Positions 9,320 to 18,161 of a DNA stretch of 36,419 nt are shown here, one piece after another (positions within the stretch are counted from its first letter, which is position 1; each line of letters opens with the position of its first letter). Position numbers and translations under genes: made by a program. Source of the DNA: Alteraurantiacibacter sp. Lineage in GTDB: Bacteria; Pseudomonadota; Alphaproteobacteria; Sphingomonadales; Sphingomonadaceae. The stretch spans positions 1 to 36,419 of the forward strand of contig JBARVT010000223.1 of the NCBI GenBank assembly GCA_049646405.1, given 5' to 3'. The notes under the pieces are model-generated. The model saw only the letters and a program-made list of their open reading frames with translations, made no database searches and was not told the origin of the DNA.

Positions 9320-12300
9320 GTGACCAATCTACGGTCCTTGATGCTTCAGGCGGCAGCGGCACTCTGCGGAGTGCTGCTGTCGCTTGTCGTGCCTGCGGGC
9401 CAGGCCACGGCGCAAACGATCGAGAACGTGGCGCAGGCGCGTTGGGATTTCGACGGACGCACGGTTACCGTTCAATCCAACCTCGTCCGACTGGAGGTAG
9501 AGCAGCGAGCACCCTCCATCCAGACTTTTATTCCCGGATCGGGGTCGACTTTACCGCTGCGTTTCAGCTTCTGCGCCGCTTCGCGCGGTGTTGCGCAGCC
9601 CGGGGGTGGCGATGTCACCATGATAGCGGCAAACGAAAGTACCGTCGTGACCGCCGGGCGCGACCTGTTTTTCGCCATCGATCTTGCGACCGGGAATTCG
9701 GATCCCGATGCCGTCGATAGCATCGATGTTATGCTCTCCGCCGATTCCGGTGATCGCGAAACAATCACCGTCTACGAAACGGACGCAAATTCGGGCCGCT
9801 TCGTGGGCAGTATCGCGACGCGTCGGGTGCCGCCTGCACCGACCGCCGACGATTGCCGACTCAGTTTGCAGAATGGCAACGAGATCGTCATCAGCGTGCT
9901 CGACCGCGATGGATCGACGGCCAGCATCACAGCCGTGGTCGATGTGGTAACGAATCCCTTTGGCATCGTCTTCGACAGCGAGACCGGCGCGCCTGTCGAC
10001 GGTGCGACAGTGGCCCTCGTGGATGCGTTAACCGGCCGGCCCGCTCAGGTTTTTGCCGAGGACGGCACCACGCCCTGGCCTTCCTCGGTCGTCACCGGCC
10101 ATCCCATCACCGATGGCGCGGGCAACAGGTTGATCACCGGGCCGGGCGAATTCTGGTTCCCGCTGACTACGACCGGGAAGTACCGCCTCGTCGTCACGCC
10201 GCCCGCCCCCTACACGGCCCCGTCCGTGGTTTCTGCGGCGGTTCTTGCCCAGCTCGATGGGCCAGGCGACCGGGCATTTGCCATCAGCGACGGCTCTTAC
10301 GGCAATTCCTTTGGCGCGGCAGACGGTGTTCTCCCGCTGATCGACATTCCGCTGGATCGTCCAGGCGAAGGCGTGACGATCGTCAAGACAGCCTCCCGCG
10401 CGCAGGCGCAGCCTGGCGACGCCATCTTATACACGCTGACCGTTCGCAATCCCGATGGCGCTCGTGCGCGCACCGGCGTGACCGTTACCGACACGCCGTC
10501 GCCCTCGTTGCGCCTACGCAAGGCATCCGTCCGTGTGGATGGCGCACCCGCGCCCGACGCAATGTCCGTGTCCGATGACGGTGGAATAATCGCTTTTAGT
10601 CTCGGCACCATCGCCGCCGGAAGCGAACGTCGCATTACCTATGCGATGACCGTCGCACCCGACGCGCCGACCGGTCATGTCGAAAATCTCGTCTCCGCCA
10701 ACGACTCGGTTGGCCGCGAGGTCGAAACATCCGCCTCAGTAGAAATCCTACGCGACATCATCGCTGGCCGGATGACGATCATCGGGCGGGTGACCGCAGG
10801 CGATTGTTCATTGGTGGAGGATGCTGACCGGATTGGGATTCCCGGCGTGCGCGTGATGATGGAGGACGGCAGCTTCGCCGTCACCGATATCGACGGTCGT
10901 TATCATTTCGATGGCGTCGTGCCTGGGACACACATTGTCCAGGCATCGCGTATGACCCTTCCCGAGGGCGGCGAATTCGTCGATTGCACCCTCTCCAGTC
11001 GTAGCCAGGGGAGCGCGATCTCGCGGCTGGTCACGGGGCAGGGCGGATCGCTGGTCGTGGTCGATTACCACGCCATCGTACCGCAGGAGCAGCTATCCGC
11101 TATTATCGCCGCTGCTGAACCGGTCGCCACCCTGGAAGGCAACGGCCTCGAAATGGTTACGCTGCCTGACCTGATCGAAGGCGCGACCGCAGCCGACACC
11201 ATGCCGCAGGATAGCACCGCCACGACCGACTGGCTGGCCATGGGCGACGGCGAGATCGACTGGCTCGCCCCTGCCATTGACGAAAACCCCCGCGCGCCCG
11301 CCGTTCGCGTGGCCATCCGCCATCGCCGCGGCCAGACCGTGGAATTGCTGGTGGACGGCCAACGCGCCAACCCGCTGGCTTTTGAGGGCGTGCTTCGCCC
11401 AGCCGAAGGCCGCTGGGAAGTCAGCCATTGGCGCGGCGTGCCATTGTCAGGCACCAAGACGGACCTCCGTGCACGCGTCATCAGCGCAGCGGGCGATGTT
11501 GTCGCCGACCTTTCACGTGAGGTCCACTTCACCAATATTCCGGCCCGCGTGGAGCTGGTGGAGAATCGTTCCGAGCTTGTCGCCGACGGTCGCACCCGCC
11601 CGGTCGTAGCGGTGCGCGTGCTCGATGCGGCGGGACGGCCCATGCGCGAAGGCGTTTCTGGCCAGTTCAAGGTCAGTGCTCCCTATGAAAGTGCTCAGCA
11701 GGTTGCACAGCAGCAGCTAGACCAGCTCACCCGTCGTGGCCCGTCATCCGCGCGCTGGACTGTGGCAGGTGGCGACGGCATCGCGCTGATCGAACTCGCT
11801 CCGACGATGGTTAGCGGTTCGTTGCAGCTCGACTTTCGCTTCGACGATGGCGAGATCGCGCGCGAACAACAGCTCGATGCCTGGATCGTGCCGGGCGACA
11901 TCGAATGGACAATCATCGGCCTGGCCGAAGGGACGATCGGTGCGCGCAGCTTGGCCGACAACATGGAGCGCACGGACAATTTCGATAGCGATCTCGGTGA
12001 CGATGCCCGCGTAGCGCTTTACGCAAAGGGCCGAGTGCTGGGCAAATACCTCGTCACTATCGCTTATGACAGCGCCGCGCAGGAAGACGATGCACGCCTG
12101 CTCGGCACGCTCGACCCCGATGCATATTATACGGTCTTCGCCGACGGATCGAGCCGCCAGTTCGATGCCGCCAGCCGCGAGAAGCTGTATGTCCGCATCG
12201 AAACAGCCAGCTTCAACGCCCTCTACGGCGACTTCGAAACCGGCTTTACCGAAACGCGCCTTACCCGATATCAGCGTGTCGCTACCGGCGTTCTTGCCGA

Positions 12301-14437
12301 AGCGCGCCATGGCGACGCCAGCGTGCGCGCCTTCGGCGCCGACATCAGCACGCGCTTCCGCCGTGACGAGATCCAGGGGCAGGGTATCTCCGGCCCCTAT
12401 ACGCTCTCCAGCCGCGCGATCGTGCCCAATAGCGAGACGGTAGCGTTGGAAACGCGCGACCGCTTCCGTTCGGAAATCATCGTCGACAGCCGCACACTGA
12501 CGCGCTTTGCCGACTACTCGATCGATCCGTTGTCCGGCACCATCACCTTTCGCGAACCCGTGCTAAGCCGCGACTTTGATCTCAACCCGCAATTCATCGT
12601 CGTGGATTACGAAACTGACACGATGGGCGAGGGTCGTTTCAACGGCGGCGCGCGAGCGGAGTGGGAAAGCCGTGACGGCGTCATCAGGATCGGCGGCACC
12701 GCGGTAACCGACAAGGGCGATGGCGAACGCACCGTAATGGGCGGCGTAGACGTGCGCGCCCGCATCGGTAACGCGACCGAAGTCCGCGCGGAATTGGCCG
12801 CCAGCGAGCGAGACGGCAGCACCGCCACCGGCTGGCTGGTCGAAGCGCAGCACCAGACCGGTTCGCTGGACGTGATCGCCTATGCCCGCTCCACCGATGC
12901 CGATTACGGCGTCGGCCAGCAGAACGGCGTGGAATTGGGCCGCCGCAAGTTCGGCATCGATACCCGGGCCCGTCTCTCCGAAGATCTCACCTTGCTCGCC
13001 AGCGCCTGGCAGGACGACAGTCTCGACACTGCTGCGCGCCGCCGCGCCGCGCAGGTCGAACTCGGCCACACGACGCAGGCGACGGACCTGCGTGTGGGGA
13101 TTACGCATTTTAACGATCGGCTCGCCGATGGCACGAGCAATACTTCCACCGTACTCGAGGGCGGGGTTACGCAGCGCGCGCTTGGCAACACGCTTGAACT
13201 GAACGCCAGCACCAGCATCGCGCTCGACCAGGCCGACTCCACCGACTTGCCCACGCGCCATCGCCTTGGCGCCCGCTACGCGATTACCAACGATGTGCGC
13301 GCAATTGCGCTATACGAATACGCCGACGGCGCGGATTTCAGCTCCAGCACGCTGCGTGGGGGTTTCGAAATCACGCCTTGGGTTGGCAGCGCTCTGAACG
13401 CAACGATCGGCCAGCAGGACATCGCGGAACGCGGCAGCCGCAGCTTCGCTGCCTTCGGCCTTTCACAGACGCTGCAAGTCACCGGCAACTTCAGTGTCGA
13501 CGCTACGCTAGACAGCAACTGGACGCTGAATGGCCGACCCGATCTTGCAGATCTGGTAAATCCCGGCCAGCCCGCGGCGAGCGGCGGCCAGTTCGGCCCT
13601 GCCGGCGGATTATTCGAGGAGTTTACCGCGGTGACGCTGGGGGGCGCTTGGCGCGACGATCGCTGGGCGGCGACTGCCCGCGGCGAATACCGCGACGGCG
13701 AGTATGCCGACCGCATTGGTGTGACCGCGGGGATCATTCGCCAGCTTGGCCAAGGGCGCGTGGTCGGATCGGGTATTAACTGGACGCAAGCTGAGGCTGC
13801 AAACGGCGCCGAAACCGAAATCCTCGATGTGGCTCTCGCAATGGCGCATCGTCCGGCAGATGCCGATTTCGCGTTCCTGTCGAAGCTCGAATATCGTAGC
13901 GACGAAGTTCGCAACGCCGTGGCTGGGGAAACCAGTGGGGCAGGGCGAACCGCACTCCTTGTAGATGGCGACGCGCGCTCAAGACGGTTGCTCGGCAGCA
14001 TCTCCGCCAACTGGTCACCGCGCAATGACGACGACGTTGGCGGGAATGATGACGGTCTGGTCGTCGGACTTTCCCGCCGCAGCGAATTTGGTGTGTTTCT
14101 CGGCTACCGTCACAATTTTGACCAGTTCGAGGGATTCGGTATCGGCAGCAACGCCATTCTTGCCGGTCTCGATGCTCGGATCGGGATCGGCGAACGGCTG
14201 GAACTGGGTGCATCTGGCACGGTTCGCGCCGCAATCGACGGTGCAACACGCTACGCGCTGGGCCCCCATGTCGGCGTCGTGCCGGTCGAAGGTATCATGT
14301 TGACAGTCGGCTACAATGTTACAGGCTTCGATGACCCGGACTTCTCCGACGCTCGTAACACCAATGACGGGATCTTCGCTGCGGTGCGTATCAAATTCGA
14401 TGCCGACACGTTTGGCTTCCTGGGGCTGGGTCGATGA
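9320..14437 (+). CDS. Large exported multidomain protein: Ig-like/DUF11/SdrD-B-like domains plus C-terminal predicted outer-membrane beta-barrel
   Basis: 1705 aa; signal ending QATA. N-terminus TIENVAQARW..VQSNLVRLEV. Carboxypeptidase-regulatory-like VFDSETGAPVDGATVAL. Complete DUF11 (IVKT..PGDAILYTLTVRN..VTDTP..VENLV). SdrD-B-like GIPGVRVMMEDG..TDIDGRYHF. Big-1-like ADGRTRPVVAVRVLDAAGRP. The last ~800 aa are rich in amphipathic beta-strands. Confidence 0.8.
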   Translation: MTNLRSLMLQAAAALCGVLLSLVVPAGQATAQTIENVAQARWDFDGRTVTVQSNLVRLEVEQRAPSIQTFIPGSGSTLPLRFSFCAASRGVAQPGGGDVTMIAANESTVVTAGRDLFFAIDLATGNSDPDAVDSIDVMLSADSGDRETITVYETDANSGRFVGSIATRRVPPAPTADDCRLSLQNGNEIVISVLDRDGSTASITAVVDVVTNPFGIVFDSETGAPVDGATVALVDALTGRPAQVFAEDGTTPWPSSVVTGHPITDGAGNRLITGPGEFWFPLTTTGKYRLVVTPPAPYTAPSVVSAAVLAQLDGPGDRAFAISDGSYGNSFGAADGVLPLIDIPLDRPGEGVTIVKTASRAQAQPGDAILYTLTVRNPDGARARTGVTVTDTPSPSLRLRKASVRVDGAPAPDAMSVSDDGGIIAFSLGTIAAGSERRITYAMTVAPDAPTGHVENLVSANDSVGREVETSASVEILRDIIAGRMTIIGRVTAGDCSLVEDADRIGIPGVRVMMEDGSFAVTDIDGRYHFDGVVPGTHIVQASRMTLPEGGEFVDCTLSSRSQGSAISRLVTGQGGSLVVVDYHAIVPQEQLSAIIAAAEPVATLEGNGLEMVTLPDLIEGATAADTMPQDSTATTDWLAMGDGEIDWLAPAIDENPRAPAVRVAIRHRRGQTVELLVDGQRANPLAFEGVLRPAEGRWEVSHWRGVPLSGTKTDLRARVISAAGDVVADLSREVHFTNIPARVELVENRSELVADGRTRPVVAVRVLDAAGRPMREGVSGQFKVSAPYESAQQVAQQQLDQLTRRGPSSARWTVAGGDGIALIELAPTMVSGSLQLDFRFDDGEIAREQQLDAWIVPGDIEWTIIGLAEGTIGARSLADNMERTDNFDSDLGDDARVALYAKGRVLGKYLVTIAYDSAAQEDDARLLGTLDPDAYYTVFADGSSRQFDAASREKLYVRIETASFNALYGDFETGFTETRLTRYQRVATGVLAEARHGDASVRAFGADISTRFRRDEIQGQGISGPYTLSSRAIVPNSETVALETRDRFRSEIIVDSRTLTRFADYSIDPLSGTITFREPVLSRDFDLNPQFIVVDYETDTMGEGRFNGGARAEWESRDGVIRIGGTAVTDKGDGERTVMGGVDVRARIGNATEVRAELAASERDGSTATGWLVEAQHQTGSLDVIAYARSTDADYGVGQQNGVELGRRKFGIDTRARLSEDLTLLASAWQDDSLDTAARRRAAQVELGHTTQATDLRVGITHFNDRLADGTSNTSTVLEGGVTQRALGNTLELNASTSIALDQADSTDLPTRHRLGARYAITNDVRAIALYEYADGADFSSSTLRGGFEITPWVGSALNATIGQQDIAERGSRSFAAFGLSQTLQVTGNFSVDATLDSNWTLNGRPDLADLVNPGQPAASGGQFGPAGGLFEEFTAVTLGGAWRDDRWAATARGEYRDGEYADRIGVTAGIIRQLGQGRVVGSGINWTQAEAANGAETEILDVALAMAHRPADADFAFLSKLEYRSDEVRNAVAGETSGAGRTALLVDGDARSRRLLGSISANWSPRNDDDVGGNDDGLVVGLSRRSEFGVFLGYRHNFDQFEGFGIGSNAILAGLDARIGIGERLELGASGTVRAAIDGATRYALGPHVGVVPVEGIMLTVGYNVTGFDDPDFSDARNTNDGIFAAVRIKFDADTFGFLGLGR

Positions 14438-16524
14438 AAACGTTCGTTCGCTTTGTCTGCTTTTTACTGGCCGCAACTTGCGTGTTTGTCGCTGTTCCGC
14501 AGCGCGCGTTTGCACAAAGTACAACCACGATTGACTGGACAACACTGAACGCACCCAGCGGCGGGGTTCTGCCCAACCCATCCACCGCCACTGCAAGCGA
14601 TGGCAGCACCACGGCGACTGTCAGTTACTCCACGGCTGCAAACGGAACGCCGTTTGTTCCCATCCTCGACAGTTTCGTATCCTATTACGACCCCAATTTC
14701 GGCGGATTTGCCGGATCGCTTTTGATGAATTTCGACAACTCCGCATATGATCCGGGCGACAAGCTTACGACAACTGTCGCGTTGAGCCGCTCGGTTACGG
14801 GGCTTCAATTCAGCATCACTGACATCGATGCGTCGAACTGGATCGATGCGATCGAGGTCTATTATCAGGATGCGGGGGGGACGTGGCGCAATGCTGCCGA
14901 AACCCCGGCTTTCTACGCTGCTTCCAGCGCCGCAACCCGGACCAGTAACGCGACAGTCAACGGCTGGCGGGGCACGGCCAGCGTGGCCGCGGATCAAACC
15001 ACCGGCAACGTGAACTTCACTTTCGGCAATACCCTCGTTCGCGGTGTGCGCGTCGTTTACTTCAGCTATACGGGCAGCGGAGATCCTGGCGCACAGGTAT
15101 CTGGTATCAGCGATCTCACCTTCAATCGCGCGTTCGCCGATCTGTCGCTGACCAAGACCTTGCTCACGGCATCGCCAAACAGCGGGAGCACTGCGATTTT
15201 CCGACTGACGTTGACAAACGCCGCCGCATCCAGCCTCACGGCCACCGGCGTGCAGGTGCGCGATACGCTCCCTGCCGGCTTCACCTACAGCTCATCGACG
15301 GGCACCGGAACCTTCAACCCCGCGACCGGCATCTGGACTGTCGGCGATCTGGCGCGAACCCAGAGCGCGACAATCGATATCTCCGGCGTGGTGACCGCCA
15401 CCAGCGGGGCTGTCCTGACCAACCGCGCCGAGGTCTCGGCGAGCAGTCAGTTCGACCCTGACTCGTCGCCCGCAAACGGTGTGACGACCGAAGACGATTA
15501 CGCAACCGCCACCTTGACTGTCGGGGGGGCGCGGACCGCAGGGACTGCGCCAACGCTTGTTTGTCCCAACCAGTCGATCGTATTCGATTGGGATTCCGTG
15601 ACGTGGGCCGCGGGTACCACCAGCAACAGCTACGCGTTAGGCACGCTGGGCAACATTGCCTTCAATCTAACGAATGACGGCGTTTGGTTGAACAACGCGG
15701 CATTCGGCGGGCAATCTCCTAATCGCCAGAACGTATTCACGGGCGGCATGGCAACGCCGCAGTTTGCGCTGGGCCAGCTTGTCGATCAGCCAAACCGATC
15801 GGGCCGCGCGAAGACGACGATTACCCTTCCCGAAATCATGCGCGGCGCGCAGTTCCGCATCTTCGATGTGGATAGCAATCCGGGCCAATTCGCCGACCTC
15901 GTTATTGTCGAAGGACGCTACAAGGGAACTTCTGTCCTCCCGGCGCTGACGAACGGCGTCGCCAACTACGTCATCGGCAACACAGCCTATGGCGATGGTG
16001 CTTCGGATAGCAATGCGGCGGCCGGCAATGTGGTTGTCACATTCTCAGAGCCAATCGATACTATCATCGTAAGTTACGGCAATCACTCGGCAGCGCCGAT
16101 CGATCCGGGGCAGCAGGGCATCGCGATTCACGACATAACGTTCTGTCGTCCGACAACCACGCTGACCATCGACAAGACAAGTCGCTTGCTCAGTGATCCG
16201 GTCGATTTTGGGGATTACGATTACCGCATTCCCGGTGCAACGATCGAATATTGCCTTGTAACCACAAACACCGGTGACACCAGAGCCACGAATGTCGTCA
16301 TTAGCGATGTCCTCCCCGAAAGCCTGATATTCGTCAATGAGAGTATCCGCTCCGGGACGACCTGTTCAGGTGCCAGTACTATCGAAGACGACGATGCAGT
16401 GGGCGCAGACGAATCCGATCCGGTTGGCGCTGAATATCGCGATGTCGGCGAAATCTATAGCACGAGCGCTACACTGGCAGCAGGAGATTCACTCGCGATC
16501 GTTTTTCAGGCTAGGATAAATTAG
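14434..16524 (+). CDS. Secreted DUF11-containing adhesin-like protein (putative tip subunit)
   Basis: ATGA overlap with the upstream gene; signal ending RAFA. Two homologous beta-rich domains, one complete DUF11 (ADLSLTK..VRDTLPAGFTY..LTNRAEV) and a C-terminal incomplete DUF11 (IDKT..IPGATIEYCL..ISDVLP..IVFQARIN-stop). Confidence 0.8.
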   Translation: MKTFVRFVCFLLAATCVFVAVPQRAFAQSTTTIDWTTLNAPSGGVLPNPSTATASDGSTTATVSYSTAANGTPFVPILDSFVSYYDPNFGGFAGSLLMNFDNSAYDPGDKLTTTVALSRSVTGLQFSITDIDASNWIDAIEVYYQDAGGTWRNAAETPAFYAASSAATRTSNATVNGWRGTASVAADQTTGNVNFTFGNTLVRGVRVVYFSYTGSGDPGAQVSGISDLTFNRAFADLSLTKTLLTASPNSGSTAIFRLTLTNAAASSLTATGVQVRDTLPAGFTYSSSTGTGTFNPATGIWTVGDLARTQSATIDISGVVTATSGAVLTNRAEVSASSQFDPDSSPANGVTTEDDYATATLTVGGARTAGTAPTLVCPNQSIVFDWDSVTWAAGTTSNSYALGTLGNIAFNLTNDGVWLNNAAFGGQSPNRQNVFTGGMATPQFALGQLVDQPNRSGRAKTTITLPEIMRGAQFRIFDVDSNPGQFADLVIVEGRYKGTSVLPALTNGVANYVIGNTAYGDGASDSNAAAGNVVVTFSEPIDTIIVSYGNHSAAPIDPGQQGIAIHDITFCRPTTTLTIDKTSRLLSDPVDFGDYDYRIPGATIEYCLVTTNTGDTRATNVVISDVLPESLIFVNESIRSGTTCSGASTIEDDDAVGADESDPVGAEYRDVGEIYSTSATLAAGDSLAIVFQARIN

Positions 16525-16851
16525 TCGCGCTCGAAGCTTTCGTTAGCGCCCGCCTGTAAGCTTCAGCATACCGACCCACTCCAAGTGCATAAACGACGGA
16601 GACAAGCTGATCCCTTACGAGTCAGCTTCGATTGTTTCGCACACTATTCAAAAAACTGCGAAATTGGCCGGCCTATCAGAGCTGACTTTGAGCGTTCTTG
16701 CGGCAAGTTTGTCCAACTACGAACAGAAATATTCGAAACTCTCCATGCGTTCGCTCTGGGGATTACCGGGAACCTAAGTCGGTAGATATGCTCCATTAAA
16801 ATTGAGAGGGCCGCGACGTGCAGTGCAAATCTTCGACTGTGGTGGAGAAAA

Positions 16852-16927
<76 letters not shown>

Positions 16928-17051
16928 ATACTGTGCTACACTGCGGTGCCGTGCATGACCCACGCGAATCGCATGGAGGCGCTCATATAGCGGGTTCGGC
17001 GCGCGGTTAAAGAGGCGATTTCGGCGGGCGTGCGTATGCGCGTCAAGTCGA

Positions 17052-18161
17052 TCAGCGCGTCGCTCTGCGACTCCAGCGTTCGACCATCATGATCCCCCCG
17101 ACGCACAGCATATTCGTCAGCATGGAACTGCCGCCGTGGCTCATGAATGGCAGGGGGATGCCCACGACAGGGGCAAGACCCATCACCATCATCAGGTTCA
17201 CGGCGACGTAGAAGAAGATCGTAGCTGTCAGGCCACCTGCCAGAAGGCGTGAGAAACGATCGGGAGCGCCTCGGGCGACCAGCAGTCCCCATCTCAGCAC
17301 GATTCCGAAAATGAGGAGAACGAACAGACCGCCGATCAGGCCCCATTCCTCCGCCATCGTACTGAAGACGAAGTCGGTATGGGGTTCGGGCAAATAATCG
17401 AGTTGGCTTTGGGATCCGTCGCCGAACCCCTTGCCGGTGATCCCACCAGACCCAATCGCGATCTGGGACTGGATGATGTGGTAGCCGCTTCCTTGCGGAT
17501 CGCTCGCCGGGTCGAGGAAAGTGAGCACGCGCTGTTGCTGGTAAGGCTGGAGACCGAAGAAATAGGCGAGAGGCGCGGCGATAATTGCCAAGACGCCTCC
17601 GCCGACAAAGTATTTCTGCGGCAATCCGGCCAGGAACATGGTCACAATCCCTCCGAACGCGATGGCGAGCGAGGTGCCGAGATCGGGTTGCAGCAGCACA
17701 AGTCCCACCGGCATCGCAATAAGTGCCAACGGGATCAGCAGTGCGCGCCATGTATTGATCATTCCCACTGGCAGCGTGTGAAAGAACGCGGCGAGGATGA
17801 GGACGATTCCGGGCTTCATCACCTCAGACGGTTGCAATCGCAAAAAACCCAGCTCGAGCCAGCGCTGACTGCCGCCTTTTACGGCACCAAGGATCTCGAC
17901 GCCCATCAAGAGAACAAGCACGGCGATGTAGGCAGGTATGGCGGCCATACGCGCCCAGTCTTGCGGGAAGTAGGAAATCCCAAGAGCGAGCACGAGCGTG
18001 ACGGCAAAGCGGATCAGATGCGAGGTCGCATACGGATTCATTCCACCGCCCCCGGCAGAATAAAGCACGAATGCGCCGAAGATCACAAGTAAACTCAGCG
18101 GGATAACGACGCGCCACGGGAAAGTTGCAAGCGGGGCCGGGAGAGTTATTGCGCCTCTCAT
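17052..18161 (-). CDS. rodA: Rod shape-determining protein RodA (SEDS family)
   Basis: GSQRWL..LQPSEVMK, LQPDLGT, GYHIIQSQIAIGSGG, LPEPHTDFVFS, GIPLPFMSHGGSS. Confidence 0.97.
   Translation of the reverse strand: MRGAITLPAPLATFPWRVVIPLSLLVIFGAFVLYSAGGGGMNPYATSHLIRFAVTLVLALGISYFPQDWARMAAIPAYIAVLVLLMGVEILGAVKGGSQRWLELGFLRLQPSEVMKPGIVLILAAFFHTLPVGMINTWRALLIPLALIAMPVGLVLLQPDLGTSLAIAFGGIVTMFLAGLPQKYFVGGGVLAIIAAPLAYFFGLQPYQQQRVLTFLDPASDPQGSGYHIIQSQIAIGSGGITGKGFGDGSQSQLDYLPEPHTDFVFSTMAEEWGLIGGLFVLLIFGIVLRWGLLVARGAPDRFSRLLAGGLTATIFFYVAVNLMMVMGLAPVVGIPLPFMSHGGSSMLTNMLCVGGIMMVERWSRRATR

Noticed and set aside
8235..9362. 375-aa minus-strand ORF
   Set aside because: Antisense shadow of the 8250 DUF11 gene.
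6697..16524. Classical chaperone-usher, type IV/Tad, curli or sortase pilus
   Set aside because: No PapD/PapC motifs, prepilin cleavage sites, ATPase, curlin repeats, lipobox pilins or LPxTG/sortase seen.
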